From positions 30,624 through 94,623 of the forward strand of contig METK01000008.1 in the NCBI GenBank assembly GCA_001771315.1: a DNA stretch of 64,000 nucleotides, in the 5' to 3' direction. This document shows positions 18,480 to 27,349 of this stretch, in pieces. Each line of letters starts with the position of its first letter. Position 1 is the first letter of the stretch. The notes beneath the pieces are model-generated. The model did no database searches and was not told the origin of the DNA. It worked only from the letters and a program-made list of their open reading frames with translations. This stretch comes from a candidate division TM6 bacterium RIFCSPHIGHO2_12_FULL_36_22 (lineage in GTDB: Bacteria > Babelota > Babeliae > Babelales > UBA12409). A program made the translations under genes and the position numbers.

Positions 18480-19126
18480 CCAACTTGCACCAGAAAGTTT
18501 TTATTTACCCATCCTTTACCACTCTGTGTATGGATTAGGCACCATCCATCTCGTTCTTGTGTAATAATCCCTTGATCTCCACACCCTACACGACAACGAG
18601 CACTATACACCTTATCAGGCCCTGATAATAACTCTACACCAGAATTAATAATTATGCCTCTTTTAATTGTATTATATTTATACAAACCAATGATAGGAAC
18701 CTGCAAAAGCAACCATGCAAGGCTGAATATAAGCAATAATCTTATTCGCTTGGTACCCCATAATATGAGAATTTCACAAAGAAAACCAAATAAGATCAAG
18801 CTTATTAAGCACCATAACCAAAATGGTATAAATCCCGTAAAATTTCCACAAGCATCTATTAACCTTAACCTCGATTCAATTTCAGGTTTTTCATCAAGCT
18901 CTTCTGATAATTGTGCCAAACCTTTTTGTGCTGCTTTAGATACCATCAAATTATTATCGCGGCATGCTTGATAATAAGCGATAAGCCAGGCAGTATAAGC
19001 ATCTTTTAATTTTTCATCTTTATATAATGTTTGTCCTGTGTTGTACCAATCACATGGTGTTTTATTGATATCAGCAATAGTAAAACTGCTACAACAAAAA
19101 AGGAAAAAATAAAAAAATTTTTTCAT
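18467..19126 (-). CDS. BatE-like protein (TPR-like N-terminus, TM segments, C-terminal SH3b-like)
   Basis: 219 aa. Signal peptide, two TM helices, C-terminal RDGWCLIHTQSGKGWVNKNFL (SH3b-like). Its position directly after batD matches bat-operon order. Confidence 0.55.
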   Translation of the reverse strand: MKKFFYFFLFCCSSFTIADINKTPCDWYNTGQTLYKDEKLKDAYTAWLIAYYQACRDNNLMVSKAAQKGLAQLSEELDEKPEIESRLRLIDACGNFTGFIPFWLWCLISLILFGFLCEILILWGTKRIRLLLIFSLAWLLLQVPIIGLYKYNTIKRGIIINSGVELLSGPDKVYSARCRVGCGDQGIITQERDGWCLIHTQSGKGWVNKNFLVQVGCLQ

Positions 19127-20859
19127 TATTTTTCCTCTTTGCTTTGTTTTTGAATTAACTTAATCCAATGATCGGCTTCTTCTAATAATTTTTTTATAAT
19201 AATTTTCTTTTTAAACAGCTCCCGATCATCACTAAATGCCGCTTGTTCAATTACAGCATAAAATGTATCCCACTCTTGCAATTGTTTTTCATCAAACTTT
19301 AATTGATTTAGCAATTTTTTAATGGTTGTAATATTTATACTATTTGACTCTTCCTGCAACAACGCTGCTACAAACTCGATAAAGAGCGGATACAATAAAA
19401 CAAGATCATGGGTTCTTTCAAGATGCTTTAATTTTTTTTGTGCTTGATAAAATGCAAGCTTTTTTCGTATTGATAAATAATGATAAGCATAATAGCGCTG
19501 ACCATAACAATATAATAAATACACGACTGTTAGCAATGTCATAATAATCAAAGAAAGAATATACCAAAAAATTATCTTATATGTTCTTATGAAATTAATA
19601 TTAGGACAAGCACTTTGTGCAATTTCTGCAAGCAACTCACCTTGTTGATCCTGCTCTATCATTCCATACTGCGATGGAAGAATATTAAGTGTAATAGGCT
19701 TAGTTTTAATTGTTTGATATTGTTCCGTTTTTGTATTGAAAAATGTAAATGCTTGTGAAGGAATGGTTATCGGACCTGGTCTAGTTCCTTGTACAATATA
19801 TTCAAAGGTTTTTGTTTGATCCTTTTTCCCTCGCTTGATTGAAGTATTTGAATGATATTGTTTTAATTCTTGAGGAAAATTAGACACTTCAAGATCAACT
19901 TTTTTCATATCAATATTGCCAGTCAAATTCAATTTCAATACGATAGCATCACCCTGCTGCGCTTCTTTTTGGTTAACAAAAGCAGTGAACGCTGATACTT
20001 GACCCACATGTGTAATAGGAGGCCTATGCGATGGTAATGGTTTAACTGAAAGGTTGATGGCATTCGATACCATTCGCTTATTAACTGTATTATACGCACC
20101 AAACATCTGTAGCATCGATTCCATTTGATTTCGTGCTGGTTGCGCTATCACATAATTACATATCGTAGCTGGAATAGTAAACTCACCTGTCTTTTCTGGA
20201 TATACCTTCATTTTTATTTCATGATAATCCCATTGCTTTCCATTAAGTGTCGTTGTACCACTTGTTGGTCCTATTGGATCACTAACAGATAAACCTTCTG
20301 TACTTGGCAGTTGTGGCTGTACTTGACCTATTTCACCACGAACATAAATTCGTACTTTGAGTGTAACTCCTTCATATAAATAAACTTTTTCTTTATCGAC
20401 ACTCATAGTAATCAATGCTTCAGATTCTGCTTCAGATTTTGATTGTAGTTCTGGAACATCTTTTTCTCTGACAACCTTGATAGTAAATGGCTTACTTTGT
20501 ATCGTCTGTCCTAGATGATTCAATACAATTGGTCCCAATTCATACGTACCAGGATTATCAATACGCACTTGATAAGTATACTTATTTATTGCTGTTATAC
20601 TGCCGTTAATCATTTGTACTGATGTTTGCACGCCACCTGATGTATAACAATATTTATTAAGTTGTTTTATTTCAGGCTTTTCTGAAATATTTTCATTTCC
20701 AACAACAGAAATTTCTAGTATAAATGGCACACCTGCACCAATTTTTTTTATGTTCTCGCCCTGCATATTAAAAAGGCCAACCCTAAATGAGATTTCTCCT
20801 AAAAGCGGCGTCGTAAGTAGTAAGCATATGAGCAAGAGTTTACCAATTTTTTTGTCCAC
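19126..20859 (-). CDS. batD: BatD-like (oxygen-tolerance family) protein
   Basis: 577 aa. Signal peptide, repeated beta-rich modules, one late TM (IIFWYILSLIIMTLLTVVYLLY) and a helical cytoplasmic tail. Located after batC. Confidence 0.6.
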   Translation of the reverse strand: MDKKIGKLLLICLLLTTPLLGEISFRVGLFNMQGENIKKIGAGVPFILEISVVGNENISEKPEIKQLNKYCYTSGGVQTSVQMINGSITAINKYTYQVRIDNPGTYELGPIVLNHLGQTIQSKPFTIKVVREKDVPELQSKSEAESEALITMSVDKEKVYLYEGVTLKVRIYVRGEIGQVQPQLPSTEGLSVSDPIGPTSGTTTLNGKQWDYHEIKMKVYPEKTGEFTIPATICNYVIAQPARNQMESMLQMFGAYNTVNKRMVSNAINLSVKPLPSHRPPITHVGQVSAFTAFVNQKEAQQGDAIVLKLNLTGNIDMKKVDLEVSNFPQELKQYHSNTSIKRGKKDQTKTFEYIVQGTRPGPITIPSQAFTFFNTKTEQYQTIKTKPITLNILPSQYGMIEQDQQGELLAEIAQSACPNINFIRTYKIIFWYILSLIIMTLLTVVYLLYCYGQRYYAYHYLSIRKKLAFYQAQKKLKHLERTHDLVLLYPLFIEFVAALLQEESNSINITTIKKLLNQLKFDEKQLQEWDTFYAVIEQAAFSDDRELFKKKIIIKKLLEEADHWIKLIQKQSKEEK

Positions 20860-21913
20860 GAACTCCCTTCATCTTTTCTTGCACTTGCGCTTGCATAAAC
20901 ATTTTATTACCAGCTTTGTCTTCTTGTTCCAACTGAGCAAGCACAGATTTCATATGCTCATTTAAGTTGTTTTCTGGCTTTTTTTGCTTCTGCTCAGTAT
21001 GGTTGGATTGTGATACTTGTTGTTGGTTGTTGTTAATTTTTTCTTGAGAGTTATTATGGTCGACGGATGGTTGTTGCTGTTTCCCTTGGTGATTTTGATC
21101 GGTATTAGATACGCTCCCTCCTTTTTGCTCAAGATCATTGTTTGTGGGATCGCACTGGTCGTTTCCCCTGTCTTGTTTCCGGTCGTCCTTGCGGTCATGT
21201 TCTTCAGAATCTTGTTTTGGATCGCTGCCGCCGGATGTTTGTTGTTCTTGTTTATCGCCTTGTGATGATTGAGGAGTAGAATTATGAGAATCTTTTTTAT
21301 CGTCGCGCTGTCCTTGATTGGACTGTTGCTGTTGCCCGCTGTTCTTCTGCTTGCCATCCCCTTGATCTTTAGACTCTTGGGATTTATTTTGCTCTTGCTG
21401 GCCTTGTTCCTGTTCCTGCTTATCGTTGTTCCCTTGACTATCTTTTTGTTTCTCTTGGCTCCGATTTTGCTTTTCCTGGTTATCATTTTGCTGTTGTTGC
21501 TCTAAATATTCTTTTATTTTTTTTGCATTTTGTTCTGCTTGTAGATTCTTTGGATTAATTTTTAATGCTTGCTCATATGATTCTAATGCTTCTTGAAGTT
21601 GATTATCTCGTACATATGCAGTTCCAAGATTAACATAAGCATTTTCCTGTAATTCAGAATTTTTTGTCGCATGCGTTAATGAACGAACAGCATTTTTTGG
21701 ATCATTATTTTGAAGTGCAATAATACCAGCATTAAAATTAAGTTGCGGATCATCTGGGTAGTCGACCAAAAGTTCATCAATTATCTCTTTTGCTTGACCA
21801 TATTTTCCATTGTTTAATGCCTGCTGTGCTTGATAGTTTTGATACGTTTCATATGTATCTAAAGAGCAACAATTGAATGACAATAATACAAAGATGAACA
21901 ATAGTTTTTTCAT
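20840..21913 (-). CDS. batC: BatC-like TPR protein with long Q/D/K/N-rich low-complexity region
   Basis: I place the start at the ATG at 21913 (MKKLLFIFVLLSFNCCS), which forms an ATGA overlap with the batB stop. TPR repeats (GKYGQAKEIIDELL..., AYVNLGTAYVRDNQLQEALESYEQALKINP) are followed by roughly 200 aa of Q/N/D/K/S repeats. Confidence 0.65.
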   Translation of the reverse strand: MKKLLFIFVLLSFNCCSLDTYETYQNYQAQQALNNGKYGQAKEIIDELLVDYPDDPQLNFNAGIIALQNNDPKNAVRSLTHATKNSELQENAYVNLGTAYVRDNQLQEALESYEQALKINPKNLQAEQNAKKIKEYLEQQQQNDNQEKQNRSQEKQKDSQGNNDKQEQEQGQQEQNKSQESKDQGDGKQKNSGQQQQSNQGQRDDKKDSHNSTPQSSQGDKQEQQTSGGSDPKQDSEEHDRKDDRKQDRGNDQCDPTNNDLEQKGGSVSNTDQNHQGKQQQPSVDHNNSQEKINNNQQQVSQSNHTEQKQKKPENNLNEHMKSVLAQLEQEDKAGNKMFMQAQVQEKMKGVRGQKNW

Positions 21914-22893
21914 AATATCCATTCCAAAAGAAAGCATATATAACTGATACCAATAAACCATGGATATTGTTCTTGTTTTGCTGTCATATTACGTTTACCA
22001 AATTTCTCTTTTTCAAACCGCTGAACTTTAGCATATATTTTTTCAATATCATCATCATTTTTAGTTGGTGTAATATAAACACCACCAATTTGTGTTACCA
22101 AATTTTTCAAAAGCGATTCATTAAGACGAGATATAACAATAGAACCATCGTCATCTTTTAACACACCAGATTTTTTGCCATGTTGATCGTAAACTGGAAT
22201 TGGAGCACCATCCAAACTGCCCAGTCCCTGTGCAAAAATAAACAATCCATTTTCTTGAGCTTGTTGTCTAACTGCTGCAAGATTATGGGAAAAATCTTCA
22301 CCATCGGTAAAAATAACTGCAAGCTTACTTTTTTTGTTACCAGCTCGTTCAAATTGTTCAATAACTTTTTGTAATGCCACATCCAATGCCGTCGTTCCAG
22401 AACCAACAGTTTCATAGCTTGTCTGATCTAAAAATAACTTAAATGCTTCTATATCTTGCGTTAAAGGACACTGAACAATTGGCCGTCCAGCAAATAATAC
22501 TAGTGCAACGCGATCAGTTGCCAATCGATCAACAAGTTGCTTAATTTTTTTCTTTGCAAATTCTAGTCGGCTTGGTTCCATATCTTGAGCTAACATACTC
22601 TTTGAAACGTCCAACAAAATAAATAAATCACGACCTTGTTGCTGTACAGCCTCTTCTTTTTTTCCCCATTGAGGTTGTAAAAAAGCAAGACCCAATGCTA
22701 GTGTACCGATACAAAAAAACAATGTCCTCAATAAACGTCGCACACTCGAATAATGTAACAAAAATTTATTGTCTTTAAATCCAAAACCAGCCTTACGCAT
22801 CAATATTGTAATTTTGCCATAAATTACAACACGTAATAAACATAATGCAACAGCAATGAATAGTATCCAACTATTAGAAAGATTGCCCCACAT
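21910..22893 (-). CDS. batB: BatB-like vWA-domain membrane protein
   Basis: 327 aa. Two N-terminal TM helices, vWA MIDAS motif LLDVSKSM, C-terminal TM. Confidence 0.75.
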   Translation of the reverse strand: MWGNLSNSWILFIAVALCLLRVVIYGKITILMRKAGFGFKDNKFLLHYSSVRRLLRTLFFCIGTLALGLAFLQPQWGKKEEAVQQQGRDLFILLDVSKSMLAQDMEPSRLEFAKKKIKQLVDRLATDRVALVLFAGRPIVQCPLTQDIEAFKLFLDQTSYETVGSGTTALDVALQKVIEQFERAGNKKSKLAVIFTDGEDFSHNLAAVRQQAQENGLFIFAQGLGSLDGAPIPVYDQHGKKSGVLKDDDGSIVISRLNESLLKNLVTQIGGVYITPTKNDDDIEKIYAKVQRFEKEKFGKRNMTAKQEQYPWFIGISYICFLLEWIL

Positions 22894-23888
22894 TAGATCA
22901 CCCGCCAGATAAAACTTGAAAGCAAACTATAAAGAATAATAAATAACAAAGCAATCCATAAACCTATCATAAATGTGTCTTTATATTGTGTATATAGATT
23001 GGCATCACGCTTAGTCTTTTCTAACTTATTAATAACTTCATAGATCGTACGCATCTCTTTTTGATTTTTTGCACGGAAAAATTTACCACCCGTTTCATAA
23101 GCAATTTGCTCCAATAAAACAGTATTAAGTGGTGAATATGCTAGCTGATAACCAACCATAGAGTTGTACAGATATCCCCCTTGCTTTCCTCCAATGCCGA
23201 TTGTATATATTTTAATATTTAATTTTTTTGCTATATCAATTGCCGTGTGTGGTTGCATATCATGATGACTTGGAACACCATCGGTTAAAAGAATAATAAT
23301 CTTGCTTTTAGCAGCAGAATCTTTTAATCGATTAAGGCTTGTTGCCAGTGCTTTTGCAATTACTGTTCCATTAGGATCTACAGTATTACCTAAATCCAAT
23401 TCCTTAATAATCTCAATTAAAATTTTCTTATCAAGAGTTAGTGGTGCTCGCGATAGAGCATTCTGCCCAAAAACAACAAGGCCTATTGAATCGTCATCTC
23501 GCTCTTTAATAAATCGAATAGCTTCTTCTTTAGCAATGGCAACACGAGATTTAAGTTCTTTAAGATCATCAAGCGCTTGCATGCTTCCAGAAAGATCCAA
23601 TGCCAACATAATATCAATACCTTCAACTGGCAACTTGGAACGTTTATCAACCACTTGAGGCTTGAGCATTAAAAATGAAAGTATGATTAAAAGTGCAAAT
23701 CGAAGCATGAAAAATGCTCTACTAGGAAGTGCAGAACCACGAATTCCCATCTGTTTCATTAAACCTACCAATGTATATTGGTAGGTCACAGGCTTGTATA
23801 ACCATAATCGGTATATTAAAGCTCCAACGAGTGTTGGAATAATAAAATATAGCCAATTAAGTTGAGCGAAATGTATATCGAACACCAT
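22893..23888 (-). CDS. batA: BatA-like vWA-domain membrane protein
   Basis: 331 aa. N-terminal TM helices, MIDAS motif ALDLSGSM, ..LLTDG.., C-terminal TM. 1-nt overlap with batB. Confidence 0.75.
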   Translation of the reverse strand: MVFDIHFAQLNWLYFIIPTLVGALIYRLWLYKPVTYQYTLVGLMKQMGIRGSALPSRAFFMLRFALLIILSFLMLKPQVVDKRSKLPVEGIDIMLALDLSGSMQALDDLKELKSRVAIAKEEAIRFIKERDDDSIGLVVFGQNALSRAPLTLDKKILIEIIKELDLGNTVDPNGTVIAKALATSLNRLKDSAAKSKIIILLTDGVPSHHDMQPHTAIDIAKKLNIKIYTIGIGGKQGGYLYNSMVGYQLAYSPLNTVLLEQIAYETGGKFFRAKNQKEMRTIYEVINKLEKTKRDANLYTQYKDTFMIGLWIALLFIILYSLLSSFIWRVI

Positions 23889-23966
23889 GCGTTATCTAAC
23901 TTTGTACTTCTATTAATCTATCTATTAAAAGTTTTAGCGTAGCACAAAATTATGATAACTAAAAAA

Positions 23967-24647
23967 TTATGATTGTGGTAGATCTTTTCGCTTAATGTAT
24001 ACAACTTTAGTAAGCGTCTCATTCGGTGCAATATAATTCATACCAAATGTTTCATATGGGGAGGTGATATTATCTCGTATTTTTTTCTTTTCTTTTCGAT
24101 ATTGTAAGCCACAGATCACTGATGGAGCCATAGACACTATCAGCGAACCGATAAGAATTCCCTCGAAAACAAGTAAAGGCCAGCCTGCCCATGCAGCCAA
24201 TATAGCGCACCAAATACCCGCTATAAATATGAAAGGCGCAAATATACATGCTCCTGCTCCTATTGCAACATACAAACGTGCTTGAAACTCTGCTTGGATC
24301 CTCACATCTTGAAGTGATGCTAACTTAAGATTAATATCATCCCTAGAAAAATTAATACCACGAGAAGAATGATTGGTAACCTTAACAGCAAGAGGAATAA
24401 TCGCATGCGCTTTGTTTCTTCTCTTAAATTCATTTCCTAACTTTTCCTTGGATTCCTGTGGTGTCATCTCTTGAATGCTTATTGAAACCCCATTCTTCAT
24501 ATATTCATGAGAATAGTGTTTTTGCCTATTTGAAGGTTTAGACTGTGCAGCCTGAAGCGGACTTGCAAAAACAATACCTATAATAAACATAAAAAAGGAT
24601 GATTGCGTCATTGTATACATTATATTTCTATAGTTAACTGTATTCAT
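23967..24647 (-). CDS. hypothetical membrane/secreted protein
   Basis: Signal-like MTQSSFFMFIIGIVFASPLQAAQS and a Gly/Ala-rich double TM region (LYVAIGAGACIFAPFIFIAGIWCAILAAWAGWPLLVF). The start is uncertain, with ATGs at 24647, 24620 and 24611; the track start at 24671 is TTG. Confidence 0.5.
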   Translation of the reverse strand: MNTVNYRNIMYTMTQSSFFMFIIGIVFASPLQAAQSKPSNRQKHYSHEYMKNGVSISIQEMTPQESKEKLGNEFKRRNKAHAIIPLAVKVTNHSSRGINFSRDDINLKLASLQDVRIQAEFQARLYVAIGAGACIFAPFIFIAGIWCAILAAWAGWPLLVFEGILIGSLIVSMAPSVICGLQYRKEKKKIRDNITSPYETFGMNYIAPNETLTKVVYIKRKDLPQS

Positions 24648-24940
24648 TATGTAGCTCTTATTCTCTGTCAACCCAATAAAATGTCCTAATAGACATTATT
24701 ATGAACTGTTTACAGATATAGTCAAGAATTCACCCTTGCATTCTCCTTCTTTTTGCGATATCTTCCTCATACATACTCAAGTATTAGTTTACGATAAAAA
24801 TAAATAGCCTATATAAAAGCCTCGAAAACGAATTTTGAATATTATTTGACTTTTTGAAAATAAATACCTTATTCTTAAATTTAAGATGAAAAAATTAGCA
24901 GAAGAGCGAGTGGCTGTGAGCCAATGATTAAAAGAGGATT

Positions 24941-27304
24941 ATGAAGAAATTATTAATTGTAGAATCCCCCGCCAAGATTAAGACCATTTCCAAGTTTCTG
25001 GGAAGTGATTTTAGAATTATGTCTACGGTGGGTCATATCAAGGATCTTCCTAGTAAATCAATAGGTGTTACTATGGGTACACCTATCAAGCTTGAATATG
25101 TAACGCTTGAAAACAAGGAAAAGGTCATTGCGGACATCTGCAAACAAGCAAGCACGAGCGACGAAATCTATCTTGCTCCCGATCCTGATCGTGAGGGAGA
25201 AATAATTGCCTGGCATATTGAAGAAGAAATTAAAAAAGTTGCCCCTAAAAAGGCTAAAATATATCGTATCACCTTTAACGAAATTACTAAGCCAGCTATC
25301 ATAGAATCTCTCCAACATCTCTCTGACGTTGATATGCAAAAGGTTGCTGCACAGCAAGCACGTCGAGTACTTGATCGCTGGGTGGGCTATGAAGTATCAC
25401 CTATTCTTTGGCAAAAACTTATGAAAGGCCTATCTGCAGGCCGTGTGCAATCTGTGGCTCTCAAGCTTATCTGTGATCGTGAAGAAGTAATCAGAGATTT
25501 TAAGCCTGAAGAATATTGGTCCATTCAGGGTGAATTTCAACAAGGTAAGGCCAAAATTTCTGCTGATCTTGCACAGATCAATAAAAAAGCTTTCAAGATT
25601 ACAAATAAACAAGACGCCGACAAAATTATTAATGAAATCAAAAAAGATGATTTCATTGTTGAGTCTATCCAAGATAAAAAACGCCTCAAAAATCCTCTTC
25701 CGCCATTTATGACGAGCACACTTCAACAGGCAGCATACAATCGTCTTGGGTTCTCGGTAAAAAAGACCATGACGGTCGCACAAAAGCTTTATGAAGGTAT
25801 ACCATTACAGGATAAAAGTACGCCAGTTGCTCTGATTACTTACATGCGTACAGATTCGCTCCGTATCTCTGATACAGCACTCAAACAAGCTCGTGGTTTT
25901 ATTAAAAAGATATATGGTGATGAATATCTTCCAAAAACTGAAAATAGTTATGAAAAGAAAAAAGGTAGCAAAGTTCAAGATGCTCACGAAGCTATCCGAC
26001 CAATTGATACCAACTTGACTCCTGAACAAGTTAGCCAATATCTACCGCCTGATGCGGCTAAACTTTATAAACTTATTTGGCAGCGATTTGTTGCATGTCA
26101 AATGACACCGGCAGAGTACGCACAACGTCAAGTTACCATTACTAGCGTAAAATACCTTTTTAGGGTTACTGGATCTACCCTCGTCTTTGACGGTTTTCTA
26201 AAAGTTTATAATATCGAAGAAGATGAAGATGAAAACAAAATTGTCATCCCAAAAGAGCTTGAAGCTAAAAAGCCTATCGACAATAAAAAGACTGAGGGCA
26301 AACAGCACTTTACTCAACCACCTCCACGATTTAGTGAAGCATCGCTGGTAAAAGAGTTAGAAAAAGAAGGTATCGGACGTCCAAGTACTTATAGTGCAAT
26401 CTTAAGTACTATTCAAGCACGGAATTATACTGCTTTGGATTCAAAAAAGAGATTTATACCAACTGAACTTGGTATGCAAGTCACCAAACTTCTTGTAGAA
26501 AATCTTCCTCATATCATCAATGAAAAATTTACAGCACGTATGGAAGAAGAATTAGACAAGGTAGAATCAGGAGATCTTGAAAGAGACAAACTTCTTAATA
26601 CATTCTACAAAAGCTTTTCTGAAGATTTAGTAGCTTTCAAAGGAACATCTAAAGGGAAAAAACCATTAGAACCTACAAATATTAAATGCCCAAAGTGTAA
26701 AAAAGAAAAACTGGTCATACGATTCGGAAAAGCCGGTGAATTTCTTGGTTGCCCTGCATACCCTGAATGTGATTTTACAAGCAACTTTGAACGCACCGAA
26801 GACGGCACTATCAAACTTGTCGAAATGGAAAAGCCTAAACTTTTGGATATGAAATGTCCTGAATGTGGCAAACCATTACGTAGTATGGTTGGTAGGTTTG
26901 GTCCATTCATATCATGTTCTGGTTATCCAGAGTGTAAGTATATTCATCAAGAAGTAGCTAAATTCCCATGCCCAGACTGCGGTGGTAAAATAGGAAAGCG
27001 TTCTTGGAAGGGTAAAACATTTTGGGGATGTAAAAACTATCCTAAATGTAAATTTGTGATCTTTAGTGATATTGAAGAAACAGAGTGTCCTAAGTGTAAA
27101 TCACCATATCTTCTCAAACGAGTTGATAAAGAAGGCAATGTTATACTTTCATGCCCAGTATGCGATAAAGAAGCTACCGCCCCTGTTAAAAGAACAGCTG
27201 TAAAAAAAACAACTTCTCGCAAGACAACTACAGTAAAAAAAGCCGCTACTAGTAAGACTGCAACTAAAAAAGTTGCTAGTTCACGAAAAACCACAAAGAA
27301 ATAG
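24941..27304 (+). CDS. topA: DNA topoisomerase I
   Basis: 787 aa. TOPRIM start LLIVESPAKIKTISKFLG, core domains, four C-terminal Cys4 zinc ribbons (CPKC..CPAYPEC, CPEC..CSGYPEC, CPDC..CKNYPKC, CPKC..CPVC) and a K/T-rich basic tail. Confidence 0.95.
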   Translation: MKKLLIVESPAKIKTISKFLGSDFRIMSTVGHIKDLPSKSIGVTMGTPIKLEYVTLENKEKVIADICKQASTSDEIYLAPDPDREGEIIAWHIEEEIKKVAPKKAKIYRITFNEITKPAIIESLQHLSDVDMQKVAAQQARRVLDRWVGYEVSPILWQKLMKGLSAGRVQSVALKLICDREEVIRDFKPEEYWSIQGEFQQGKAKISADLAQINKKAFKITNKQDADKIINEIKKDDFIVESIQDKKRLKNPLPPFMTSTLQQAAYNRLGFSVKKTMTVAQKLYEGIPLQDKSTPVALITYMRTDSLRISDTALKQARGFIKKIYGDEYLPKTENSYEKKKGSKVQDAHEAIRPIDTNLTPEQVSQYLPPDAAKLYKLIWQRFVACQMTPAEYAQRQVTITSVKYLFRVTGSTLVFDGFLKVYNIEEDEDENKIVIPKELEAKKPIDNKKTEGKQHFTQPPPRFSEASLVKELEKEGIGRPSTYSAILSTIQARNYTALDSKKRFIPTELGMQVTKLLVENLPHIINEKFTARMEEELDKVESGDLERDKLLNTFYKSFSEDLVAFKGTSKGKKPLEPTNIKCPKCKKEKLVIRFGKAGEFLGCPAYPECDFTSNFERTEDGTIKLVEMEKPKLLDMKCPECGKPLRSMVGRFGPFISCSGYPECKYIHQEVAKFPCPDCGGKIGKRSWKGKTFWGCKNYPKCKFVIFSDIEETECPKCKSPYLLKRVDKEGNVILSCPVCDKEATAPVKRTAVKKTTSRKTTTVKKAATSKTATKKVASSRKTTKK

Positions 27305-27349
27305 GCCTTACTTGAAATTTTAAAATAGCCTACCTAGCTAATTAGTTGG

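Noticed and set aside
20962-21505. Three track ORFs (174, 82 and 78 aa) inside the batC region.
   Set aside because: They are alternative-frame or antisense readings of a low-complexity Q/N/D/K tract. Their products are monotonous K/N/T- or L/F/I-rich strings.
25058-26038. Multiple 60-117 aa ORFs antisense to topA, with similar antisense ORFs inside metG, typA, bamA, the NTT gene and other long genes.
   Set aside because: All lie within long, well-supported genes on the opposite strand or in another frame. None has an SD, a signal sequence or recognisable motifs.
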